Shown here piece by piece: positions 19,890 through 28,887 of a stretch of DNA of 64,000 nt. Under the pieces are notes generated by a model. The model was not told where the DNA came from and searched no databases. It saw only the letters and a program-made list of their open reading frames with translations. Position numbers and translations under genes: made by a program. Each line of letters opens with the position of its first letter. Position 1 is the stretch's first letter. This DNA is from an uncultured Gemmatimonadaceae bacterium (lineage in GTDB: Bacteria; Gemmatimonadota; Gemmatimonadetes; Gemmatimonadales; Gemmatimonadaceae), in assembly GCA_963817955.1 (NCBI GenBank), contig CAWFQK010000004.1, positions 1,120,001 to 1,184,000 of the forward strand, given 5' to 3'.

Positions 19890-20368
19890 ATGCAACATCT
19901 TTTCGCCCTCCCGATCATTGCATTCGCCGCGCAGGCGGCGGGCGCCCAGACACCGGCCCCTTCCTGTTACGCCACGCCAGCGTCGCTGACGCCGGCCGCG
20001 TGGCATACGCCCACCCACATGGCTTCGTCCTGGACGAGCCGGGCCGCTTGCTCTTCATGTCGTCCGAAGGCAATGCCACGCTCCAGGTGATCGATCTCCG
20101 CACCATGCGAGTCCTTGGACATCACTCGGTTGGCGCAACGTCCGACGTGCTGGCCTGGGATGCGGGGTGGCGACGTCTATACGTGGCGTCGGAGGGTGGG
20201 GTCCTGTCCGCATTCTTTCTCGATGGAACCACACTCAAGCCGGTTGGAGAGGTACGCGCGCGCCATGCGCATACCGTGTCCGTCGACCCCCGTACTCACC
20301 GCGTCGATCTGCCGCTCGAGAACATCGACGGGCACCCGGTGCTGCGCATCTATACGCCGGCACCGTAG
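19890..20368 (+). pseudogene. Disrupted YncE-like beta-propeller gene (signal peptide and C-terminal blades in different frames)
   Basis: 19890 frame gives a signal peptide; 20000-20368 frame gives HPHG, DVLAWD..RRLYVASE, AHTVSVDPRTHRV. Confidence 0.65.
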
Positions 20369-20439
20369 CTCGACTGCGCGCGACGCAGCCGGTTCAATCT
20401 GAGCGACGCATGATCGGCGCGAAACGCGTGCGCCGCATC

Positions 20440-21729
20440 CTATCCCAGTACGCGCTCGCAGGCCATCGCGACGCCGAGTAGCGCTTCGGTCTCGTTTCGC
20501 CGGCCGACAAGTTGCAGCCCCACCGGAAGCCCATCGACGGGAATGGGGATGGAGATCGCCGGATGTCCCGTGATGTTGAAGAGCTGCGTGAGCCGTAACA
20601 TTGCCGCGCGTATGCTGAGCGTCTCTCCGGACGCTGCGTCGATAACCACATCCACCGCGCCAAGCTTGGGCGCGACGATGGGCAACGTCGGGAGCACAAG
20701 TGCGCTGCATCCGTCGAGCGCAGCGTCCACCGCGTGCCGCAGCGCCTCACGCGCGTCCCGCGCCTGGAGATAACTCACCGCCGAAATGGTGCGCCCTCGC
20801 TCGAGACGTTCGCGCACCGCGGGATGATAGTCGGCCGCGCGCGTGGCGAGCGTGGCCGTATGCCAATGGGCGGCCTCGGGCAGCGAGATGTTCACGTACG
20901 TGTCGCTGATACTCGCGCTGCCCTCGATCGTTCGCGACAGCATCGTCACCCCCGACGTGCAGAGCCGCGAGACCGCGTCGTCGAAGGCCGTGCGCACCTC
21001 ATCGCTCAACACGTCTGTGAAGTAGCCGCCCAGCGCTCCGAGCGTGAGGGCACTCGGCGGCGGCGACTCCGCGTGTGGAACAGCGCGGCCGGCGAGCACC
21101 GCCCAGAGGCTAGCGGCATCCCCAACAGAGCGCGTGATGGGGCCGACGGCATCGAACGTCGCACTCAGCGGCACGACGCCGTCGAGCGGCACCTCGCCGA
21201 GCGACGGCTTGAGGCCGACGACACCGCATGCCGCGGCGGGAATCCTGATCGATCCGCCAGTGTCCGAGCCAATGGACGCGACCCCCATTCCGAGCGCCAC
21301 CGCCGCCGCGGAGCCGCCGCTCGATCCGCCCGCCGAGCGCGTGACATCATGCGGGTTGTGGACTGCACCATACGCCGATTCTTCGCTCGTAGTACCGAGC
21401 GCGAACTCATGAAGGTTCGTCTTTCCGATCAACACTGCGCCGGCCCGACGCAACCGCTGCACGACCGTGGCATCGTGCGTCGCGACGTGATCCGCGCGCA
21501 CTCGCGACGCGGCGGTGGTCGGCTGGCCGGCGACGTCGATGAGATCCTTGACCGAGATCGGCATTCCGTGCAGCGGGCCACTATCGATGCCCTGGCGCTC
21601 GTCGTCGTCAACCGCGCGTGCGGCAGCCCGCGCGCCCTCGGCGTCAACGAGAATGAACGCATTGGTGCGCGCGCCATGATCCGCAATGGCGGCGAGACTG
21701 GTCTCGAGCAGGTCGACAGCGGTGGGCAC
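20440..21729 (-). CDS. Amidase signature family protein (probable GTG start 21729)
   Basis: GPLHGMPISVKD, GKTNLHEFA, GGSSGGSAAAVA, GSDTGGSIRIPA. Confidence 0.93.
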   Translation of the reverse strand: MPTAVDLLETSLAAIADHGARTNAFILVDAEGARAAARAVDDDERQGIDSGPLHGMPISVKDLIDVAGQPTTAASRVRADHVATHDATVVQRLRRAGAVLIGKTNLHEFALGTTSEESAYGAVHNPHDVTRSAGGSSGGSAAAVALGMGVASIGSDTGGSIRIPAAACGVVGLKPSLGEVPLDGVVPLSATFDAVGPITRSVGDAASLWAVLAGRAVPHAESPPPSALTLGALGGYFTDVLSDEVRTAFDDAVSRLCTSGVTMLSRTIEGSASISDTYVNISLPEAAHWHTATLATRAADYHPAVRERLERGRTISAVSYLQARDAREALRHAVDAALDGCSALVLPTLPIVAPKLGAVDVVIDAASGETLSIRAAMLRLTQLFNITGHPAISIPIPVDGLPVGLQLVGRRNETEALLGVAMACERVLG

Positions 21730-21781
21730 GGGAGTATGCTGGGGGGTACGCGGGCGGAGCGAGGTCTCAATCCAAGCAATC

Positions 21782-22783
21782 CTACAGTAATGCATCGCTG
21801 ATGCGTGCAATCTCTTCTGCTTCTCTCCAGCGGCTCTCGAGCTCGGCCAACTCGCCGTGAAGCGCGTGGCGCTCTTCCTGCTCATGGGCAGTCATCTCGA
21901 GGGCGAGCCGTTGTGAGACACGAAGTCTGCCAATCCGAAACCACGGATCTGACAATATCGAGCCGCCATCGAGGTCTCCGGCCCAAAAGGCTCGCCGCGG
22001 TCGGTCGGCCGTCGCAATGGTCATGAACGCATCGTCCGCGTCCTTGAAGCCTTCGAGCAGATCGAGTGCTTCATGCCTTGTCCGCTCTCCCGCACCGTGG
22101 GAATTGATACTCGGCAATAACACTATAGCGGCCGAGCGTGCGTCTCGACCTCGCACCGTGATGTACTTGTGACCACCGGGCGCACCTTGACTGGCGACTG
22201 GTATTCGCAGTTCATATCCGGCATCGGCGTTCGGACGCAGTTCGATGTGCGCCAACATTCGAGCGCTCAATCCAACCAGCGTGTCGCCAATACGCGTGCG
22301 CACCCGAATTCGCTTGCGCGAGGCCTGATTCGCGAGACTAAACCCGAAATTCGCGGCAACCAGTCCCATTCCTCCAATGGCAATGCCGGCTCCGTATAGC
22401 GCCGCGGCAGCAGCGGCAACGGTTCCGACGGCGATAGCGTGCTTCCGCCGACGCCGGCCAAACTGGTCCCCGTACCTCCAGGCCGCCATCTCCGGGCGTA
22501 GCGGGTGCCCGACGCGAATCAGATCCGTTCCATCTCGCATCCGCGCCATTCCAATCTGATCAGTCGAGAACCGCAGGGTGGTCGAACGAAAGCCGATTTC
22601 ACACTCTTCGAGCGCTTCCCACCGCTCTTCAATGGGACTGAGGTTCCATCGCTCGCACTTGTGGCAGACGGCCCAGAGGCGCCCGGTGGCGCCGTCGAAA
22701 GCGAGGCGCCGGCCGATTGGAAAGTGCTCGATCGAGTCGTTTGCGCCGAGGGGCGCATGACAAAAGATGCATGTCGAATACAT
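21782..22783 (-). CDS. Conserved hypothetical protein with N-terminal CxxC/CxxC zinc site and one TM segment
   Basis: MYSTCIFC..VCHKCERWNL; C-terminal RLALEM..WREAEEIARISD. Confidence 0.75.
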   Translation of the reverse strand: MYSTCIFCHAPLGANDSIEHFPIGRRLAFDGATGRLWAVCHKCERWNLSPIEERWEALEECEIGFRSTTLRFSTDQIGMARMRDGTDLIRVGHPLRPEMAAWRYGDQFGRRRRKHAIAVGTVAAAAAALYGAGIAIGGMGLVAANFGFSLANQASRKRIRVRTRIGDTLVGLSARMLAHIELRPNADAGYELRIPVASQGAPGGHKYITVRGRDARSAAIVLLPSINSHGAGERTRHEALDLLEGFKDADDAFMTIATADRPRRAFWAGDLDGGSILSDPWFRIGRLRVSQRLALEMTAHEQEERHALHGELAELESRWREAEEIARISDALL

Positions 22784-22955
22784 CGCGCTGTCTACGGAGT
22801 AAGGGTCGTGACGGCAGCGGAGGTGTCGCAGACCCGTCGGCCACCGGCGCCCAGCCTAAGATTACCCGTCAACCAACACGTCGTGAGATATTCGGTCAAA
22901 ATGCGGCCAACGTGTTTCCCGACTCCGATGAATCAGCGCCCCTCGACAGAGCAGA

Positions 22956-24716
22956 TCAGGGTCCGAACGTTGCTTGAACCGGCGCCGTCCGCACGTGGAG
23001 ACGCACGCTGCCGGCCGGTGCGTGCGCCTGCTCGGCGCTGTCGGCGACAGCGTAGAGCCCTTGTGCGACCGGGACTGCCATGCCTCGGCGAGCAGCGTCA
23101 ACGGCCTCGCGCTTGGCGTCGCCATAGCGCCCAAGCGCGATCAGGTCGGCGATCAAGCCACTCTTCGCGACGGACTGGCCTGGATCTTCGACAAGACTCC
23201 TCTCCAATTGCGGAAGCGCCAGGCTGTCGTTCCCCCGATCGCGAAGCTGATCGGCCAACTCGTTCCGAATATACTGTGGCTTGGGAGAATACGAGATCGC
23301 GCGTTCATAAGCCGCGATTGCGAGGTCCGTTTGACCGATCTGGAACAGCACCGAACCGAACGCGTGTTGTGCCCGATAGCTGAGCGGTGCGTCCATGGCG
23401 GTGCGATACCACAAGACCCAATTGTTGCGCCAATCGCGCTCGCGGACCGCGCTTCTGATTGTGCCGGCGATGACCAAAGCCGCGCACCCGGCAGCTACCG
23501 CACGGCGTGCCTGCCACCCGACGGATTCGGTCTGAAGGACGTTGGTCAGCAACGCACACACACAGAGCAGGAAACCCACGCTCGGCAGCAGGAGCGTCCG
23601 CTCGGCGAGTACAATTCCCGTCGGCACGAGCACATTTGACACCGGAAAGAGCGCGATGCCGCACCAGGCGATTCCGAACGACGCGAGCGGGATGCGCCGG
23701 CGCAGAGCGATCGCGGCGAACGCGGCGCACAGCAGCAGGGTGAACCCGAGCAACTGTGAGAGGCCAACGGACGTCGCCGCAACGATCTCATGCGGCGAGT
23801 AGTCGATCTGTAGGTGCGCGGGCCACCCGAGCAGGCGAAACCACTGGCCAACCACGCCCAGCATGGTGAGGGCGCGATGATACGCGTCGAGGCCGACGAG
23901 CGCCTCGGCGGTAAACGTGCCAACGACGCCACTGGGAATGATGCGCGACCGAAGCCAGAGCACCAACAACCCGAGCAGGCCGAGGGCGACGTAGCCGGGG
24001 ATGAGCGTGTTGCGTTTCCCGTCCCCTCGCTCGGTTGCAAGAACCGTAAACTCCGCGGCGAGTAGAATGCCCGGGATGATCAACCCCGTTTCCTTGAAGA
24101 GCGACGCGGCGAGGTAGGCGCTGCAGAGCACGGCCCAGTCACGCAGATCCAACGTTCCACGACGCCGGACGTCGACATAGCGCATGACCATCAGCAGGCA
24201 AATTCCCGTCACGATCAATTCGCTCTGATTCACTCCAAGCGCCACGGCCTCGACGTGAACCGGATGCGCCGCGAACAAGACCGCCACCGCCCAAGCGGGA
24301 AAGGACGGCAGGAAGCGCCGAGCCAGGAGCAGCACGCCAACCGCGGTTGCGGCATACAAGACATAACTCCCAACTCGAAATGCGATCGGCGATCCGCCGC
24401 CGAAGAACCACTCGATGGCGTACCACGTCGTGGACAGTGGCCGATACAACTCCGGCGACCACGGGGGAGGCCAATACGTCTTCGTGAAGAACAGCGACCA
24501 GTTTCCCAGACTGTGGATTCGTTGATCGTTGCCGATCAGAGTCACGTCATCGGAAGCGAAGTCGTTCCACAGACCGGTGAGGGACGAGAGGAGTGCCACG
24601 ATCACACACGACGCGATGCTCAAGCGCAACGCATTGGTCAGATGCCTACCCCGCGCGATGCTCGACAGCAGCGACGAGGGTACTGGCTTCCGGTACTTGC
24701 CGGTCTGGGTGCTCAA
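22956..24716 (-). CDS. TMTC-like GT-C glycosyltransferase with C-terminal TPRs
   Basis: FASDD, YRPL, FAAHPVHVEAV, KETG, AERTLLLPS motifs; TPR-like helices. Confidence 0.78.
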   Translation of the reverse strand: MSTQTGKYRKPVPSSLLSSIARGRHLTNALRLSIASCVIVALLSSLTGLWNDFASDDVTLIGNDQRIHSLGNWSLFFTKTYWPPPWSPELYRPLSTTWYAIEWFFGGGSPIAFRVGSYVLYAATAVGVLLLARRFLPSFPAWAVAVLFAAHPVHVEAVALGVNQSELIVTGICLLMVMRYVDVRRRGTLDLRDWAVLCSAYLAASLFKETGLIIPGILLAAEFTVLATERGDGKRNTLIPGYVALGLLGLLVLWLRSRIIPSGVVGTFTAEALVGLDAYHRALTMLGVVGQWFRLLGWPAHLQIDYSPHEIVAATSVGLSQLLGFTLLLCAAFAAIALRRRIPLASFGIAWCGIALFPVSNVLVPTGIVLAERTLLLPSVGFLLCVCALLTNVLQTESVGWQARRAVAAGCAALVIAGTIRSAVRERDWRNNWVLWYRTAMDAPLSYRAQHAFGSVLFQIGQTDLAIAAYERAISYSPKPQYIRNELADQLRDRGNDSLALPQLERSLVEDPGQSVAKSGLIADLIALGRYGDAKREAVDAARRGMAVPVAQGLYAVADSAEQAHAPAGSVRLHVRTAPVQATFGP

Positions 24717-24879
24717 TCTATGTGCCTACAAACAGAATTATTTGCCGAAGTACAGCCCTCTCCGGGGCTCCTCAGGGGATACGCAAGAGGTCTCGGAAAC
24801 GTCATGGTCGAAGTAGGAAATTTTTCGGAATCTCGCGATCTGGCCCTATTTTGACGGCCGCTGGGAAACGCCGCCCCCG

Positions 24880-26016
24880 TCAACGGTCCACGACGAGAAG
24901 GCCAATGGCGCCCTTCTGTCCGTGACCGAATCCATGGTTCACGAATGGAAACTCGCCCGGAACGTCGCAAACGAGCTCGTACACCGTCCCACCACCGGGT
25001 GGCACACTGAATGTCTGCACACCGCTGATCGTGTTCCCCGGCAGGGCTCCCATGTACACCTTGTCGAACTGCTCGCCCACGACATGGAAGTTGCACGGAT
25101 GGGAAGGACCCGCGCTCACCACCCAGAAGCGCACTCGGTCGCCGACCTTCACGTGAATCGGCTCCTTGATGTACTGGTTGGGCCGGCCATTGAAGCAGAC
25201 GATGTCCGGGAGAAGGTTGAGCATCTTCTGGTAGTCCGATGCCTGCACGCCGTTCGCCGCGGCGGCCAGGTAGAACTCATTCTGGATGAGCACGAAGTCC
25301 TTGGCCGCGGGAAGCGGCTCGCGCGGACTGACGATGATGCACCCGAACATGCCGCTGCCGATGTGCATGAGCACCGGCGACGTGCCGCAATGATACAAGA
25401 ACGCACCTGCATACTTCGGCTTGAACGCGTATGTCACCGACTGGCCCTTCGGCACGGACTTGAACGCCTGCTTGGGATCGATCTGCGCGGCATGGAAGTC
25501 CATCGAATGCGGAATGTCGGCGTCGTTGGTCAGCGTGAATTCCACGGTATCGCCCACCCGACAGTGAATGATCGGACCAGGGATGTCGCCCTCGAACGTC
25601 CAGCCGGCGACCACAGTGTCGTCCGAGATTCGCACTGGCGCCTCGCGCGAATGCCAGTGCCTTTGGACCGTTCCGGTTGTGGCAGCAGGCGGCAGCGTCG
25701 GATCCCACCGGTGGTACGCAGTGCTCTGTGCTCCCTGCGTCGCGGTACCGGTCGCGGAGGTTCCTCCGTGGTGCTGACCCTTGAGCAGCGAAGAATCGAG
25801 GCGGCTGTCGGAATTATGCGGGCGAACGCCAGTCGTCGCGCCGGCGCCCTCGCGCGCAGCAGCCTTCGCCGTGTCCGTCCGCGACTGCTGCCCGGGAGAA
25901 CACGACACGAGGGCCACACCCGGGATCGTCAACGACAGCGCTGCGGCGCGCGTGAGGAACGTCCGTCGATCAGTCACAGCGAGGCAATCGGGGGTAGGGA
26001 TGGATGGTTCGGTCAT
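24880..26016 (-). CDS. nirK: Copper-containing nitrite reductase-like two-domain cupredoxin, Tat-exported (probable start MTEPS)
   Basis: TDRRTFL Tat motif; HSMDFH, YHC..H..GM, NFHVVG and FVNH carry type-1/type-2 Cu ligands and catalytic Asp/His. Confidence 0.75.
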   Translation of the reverse strand: MTEPSIPTPDCLAVTDRRTFLTRAAALSLTIPGVALVSCSPGQQSRTDTAKAAAREGAGATTGVRPHNSDSRLDSSLLKGQHHGGTSATGTATQGAQSTAYHRWDPTLPPAATTGTVQRHWHSREAPVRISDDTVVAGWTFEGDIPGPIIHCRVGDTVEFTLTNDADIPHSMDFHAAQIDPKQAFKSVPKGQSVTYAFKPKYAGAFLYHCGTSPVLMHIGSGMFGCIIVSPREPLPAAKDFVLIQNEFYLAAAANGVQASDYQKMLNLLPDIVCFNGRPNQYIKEPIHVKVGDRVRFWVVSAGPSHPCNFHVVGEQFDKVYMGALPGNTISGVQTFSVPPGGGTVYELVCDVPGEFPFVNHGFGHGQKGAIGLLVVDR

Positions 26017-26221
26017 TGGGCGCTCGGAGTAGGAGTCAGCGGACACGACGAGGGCTCGTCGCATTCACTCGTCGCGAGTGGACCAGCGAGCGTGCGTCGG
26101 GAAATTCCGGGCACATGCGCTCGCAACAGCCGTACCGCAATGCGCCGGTCCGCCGAACCGTGTCAGGCTATGGCCAGCGGTGCCAACCCATCTCGACGCG
26201 AAGAGAGCTCACCATGTCGGC

Positions 26222-26411
26222 TCAGTGGGACCGATCCAACATCGGGAGATACGCTCGCCACGGGCCGACCGCTTCGCGGTACTGCTTCGCCATCACTCGC
26301 GCCGTCTGAGCCACGTGCCCCAAGTCGTGCGCCACCCACGTCGCCAGCAAGTGGCGCAGCGAGACCGCTCCGAATTCGGGGTGCTCACCCGCGAGAGCCA
26401 ATTGGGCATTT
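26222..26411 (-). pseudogene. C-terminal remnant of a DinB family protein
   Basis: Manual translation LALAGEHPEFGAVSLRHLLATWVAHDLGHVAQTARVMAKQYREAVGPWRAYLPML; N-terminus absent. Confidence 0.8.
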
Positions 26412-26412
26412 G

Positions 26413-26580
26413 ACCGCCGTCAGCCGCCGTAAACCGCCGTCAGCCGCCGTCAGCCGCCGTCAGGGAGTCAGCGCTGTTAGGGAGTCAGCGCAGTTAGGGA
26501 GTCAGCGCAGTTAGGGAGTCAGCGCAGTTAGGGAGTTGGCGCTGTGAGGGAGTCCGCGCCGTCAGCAGTTCGCGCCGTAA
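26413..26580 (-). repeat. 17-bp ACTCCCT array, copy C (reverse orientation)
   Basis: AGGGAGTCAGCGCAGTT units, head AGCAGTTCGCGCCGT, tail of GCCGCCGTCA decamers. Confidence 0.92.
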
Positions 26581-27059
26581 ACCATCTCATACCACTCCTT
26601 CACCACCCCCCGGTACTCCGCCCACGCCCGAAACCCCTCGCAAGCCCACTCGCGCGCGGCCTCCTCGATCCGATCCCCCTGTCCAATCACGTCTGCAATC
26701 GTTCGAACTCCCACGAAACTCGGCGGCGTCATCCACCGAAACCGCCCCTTCATTTGAACGGCCCGTTGCAACAACGCGGGAGCAGCCTCGGTGGCGAGCC
26801 CCAGCTCGAGCTGTGCGTAGAGACTGATGAGATGCACGGCCACCGACTGAATTGTCTGCGGACCGGGACTCCCGGGATGCTGAACGGCGTAGGCATCGAC
26901 GCAGAGTTGGCGATACTTCACGGCTGCCGAATCGCTCATGAATCTGACGTTCAGCTCACCATTCATCGCCCAGCAACCAGGCGAGGCCGTCATGTAACGA
27001 TGGATGGGGCCTTCGATGCGCGGGACAACCGCGCCGCAGCCGACGCAACGCTCAGTCAG
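26562..27059 (-). CDS. DUF5946 family protein (possible CTG start at 27059; first ATG 26993)
   Basis: CVGCG..GPIHRYMTASPGCW, VDAYAVQHPG, SVAVHLISL. Confidence 0.78.
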   Translation of the reverse strand: MTERCVGCGAVVPRIEGPIHRYMTASPGCWAMNGELNVRFMSDSAAVKYRQLCVDAYAVQHPGSPGPQTIQSVAVHLISLYAQLELGLATEAAPALLQRAVQMKGRFRWMTPPSFVGVRTIADVIGQGDRIEEAAREWACEGFRAWAEYRGVVKEWYEMVYGANC

Positions 27060-27213
27060 GTGGCTCTCCGAATGAAGTAATCGATACGCGCCACAACTTG
27101 TTCAAGTAGGCGCGGTCGCGGGCGGAGCGCTAGCCCGGAAGCGCCGGAGGACTATCCTTAAGATTGTCGCCGCACCTCCCGAAACCGGCCGACACATCAG
27201 CAACCGTCGCCAC

Positions 27214-28314
27214 ATGTCTCGTCCACTCATCCCACCTGTCATGCGCCTATCCACCCTCGCCCTCGTTGCCGGGCTCCTCGCGTCGTCACCCGCCGGTGGC
27301 CAGAGACCCAGCGCCGTACCGGCCTCGCCGTGCACCACGCCAACGACGGTCTGCGAGCGCTGGATAACATTCGGCAGCGGACCGGCGCGATCGATGGTGT
27401 ACTCCACCTATCCGCTCGACGTGCCGAACGCCAGGATCACACGGGCCCTCGTCATGGTCCACGGTGCCGGGCGCAACGCCGACCATTATTTCGAAACGTC
27501 GGCCGCAGCGGGGTTTCTCGCCGGCGCGCTCAACAACACGATCATCATCGCCCCACGCTACATCGCGGGCACCGACAAACCGTCGGCAAATGAAGTCATG
27601 TGGCCCGAGGGCGGCAACTCCTGGCGCGCCGGCGGCATGTCGCCGACCAATCCGTCGATCTCCGCGTTCGACTTCATGGACGAGATCGTGCGGAAGCTCG
27701 CCGACAAGAAGACGTTCCCGAATCTCACGAAGATCGTCGTCGCCGGGCATTCGGCAGGCGGCCAATTCGCCACGCGCTATGAGATGACGAACAAGGTCCA
27801 CGGGACGCCGGGTGTGAGCCTCAGCTACGTCGTCGCCAATCCATCGAGCTACGCCTGGCCCGCCGCCGTCAGACCGCTCCCCACCGGTGACGCCGATCCG
27901 GCGACCGCCGACAAGGAAGCGCTGGGACCGACTGGAGAAAAGGTGCACACGCAGTTCACCTACGGCCCCTTCGACACCACCAAAGCCCGCAACTACAATC
28001 GCTGGCCCGCAGGGCTGGAGAATCGATCCGGGTACACCGCGGGCATGAGCGACGATCAATTGAAGCGGCAGCTCGTCGAACGTCCGACGACGTACCTCCT
28101 CGGTCAGGTGGACGTGCTGCCGCTCGGCGGATTCGATTCGTCACCGACGGCCATGGCCCAGGGCCCGACACGCCGGGCCCGCGGGGAAGCGTTCGTCAAA
28201 TACGTCGATGAGACGCTTGGCGCGAAGCATATTGCAATCATCGTTCCGGAATGTGGGCATAATGATAGGTGTATATTTACTACTAATATTGTATTTCCGA
28301 GTATTTTTCCGTGA
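27214..28314 (+). CDS. Secreted alpha/beta hydrolase
   Basis: Signal peptide, VHGAGRNAD, GHSAGGQ nucleophile elbow, ANPSSY, CGHN. Confidence 0.88.
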   Translation: MSRPLIPPVMRLSTLALVAGLLASSPAGGQRPSAVPASPCTTPTTVCERWITFGSGPARSMVYSTYPLDVPNARITRALVMVHGAGRNADHYFETSAAAGFLAGALNNTIIIAPRYIAGTDKPSANEVMWPEGGNSWRAGGMSPTNPSISAFDFMDEIVRKLADKKTFPNLTKIVVAGHSAGGQFATRYEMTNKVHGTPGVSLSYVVANPSSYAWPAAVRPLPTGDADPATADKEALGPTGEKVHTQFTYGPFDTTKARNYNRWPAGLENRSGYTAGMSDDQLKRQLVERPTTYLLGQVDVLPLGGFDSSPTAMAQGPTRRARGEAFVKYVDETLGAKHIAIIVPECGHNDRCIFTTNIVFPSIFP

Positions 28315-28508
28315 ACGGCGCGAACTGCTGACGGCGCTGACTCCCTGACTGCGCCAACTCCCTGAACGGCGCTGACTCCCTGAACGGCGCCAACTCCCTG
28401 ACGGCGCTAACTCCCTGACGGCGGCTAACGGCGCCAACTCCCTGAACTGCGCGGACTCCCTGACGGCGGCTTACGGCGGCACACGGCGGTTTACGGCGGT
28501 TTACGGCG
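28314..28508 (+). repeat. 17-bp ACTCCCT array, copy D
   Basis: Head ACGGCGCGAACTGCT directly at the stop codon, body units, ACGGCGGTTT tail. Confidence 0.92.
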
Positions 28509-28592
28509 TGCGTCGATGCAGATGACACAGGTGCTCCCTGTAATTGGCCACGTCCGGCGCGAGGCAACTGAGTCAGTATGACCTCGATGTTT

Positions 28593-28824
28593 GCCGTCGT
28601 AAACCGTAAACCGCCGTCAGGGAGTCAGCGCCGTCAGGGAGTCAGCGTCGTAAGCCGCCGTCAGGGAGTAAGCGCCGTCAGGGAGTCAGCGTAGTTAGGG
28701 AGTTGGCGCCGTAAGCCGCCGTCAGGGAGTAAGCGCCGTCAGGGAGTCAGCGTAGTTAGGGAGTTGGCGCCCTCAGGGAGTTAGCGCCGTTCGGGTGTCA
28801 GCGCCCTCAGCAGTTCGCGCCGTC
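28593..28824 (-). repeat. 17-bp ACTCCCT array, copy E, inverted relative to D
   Basis: AGGGAGT units ending in AGCAGTTCGCGCCGTC. Confidence 0.92.
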
Positions 28825-28887
28825 CCCTCCCCTCAAACGGAATTTGCTACTATCTCTCCCCCACCCCCTTTCCCCCATCGGACTCCT

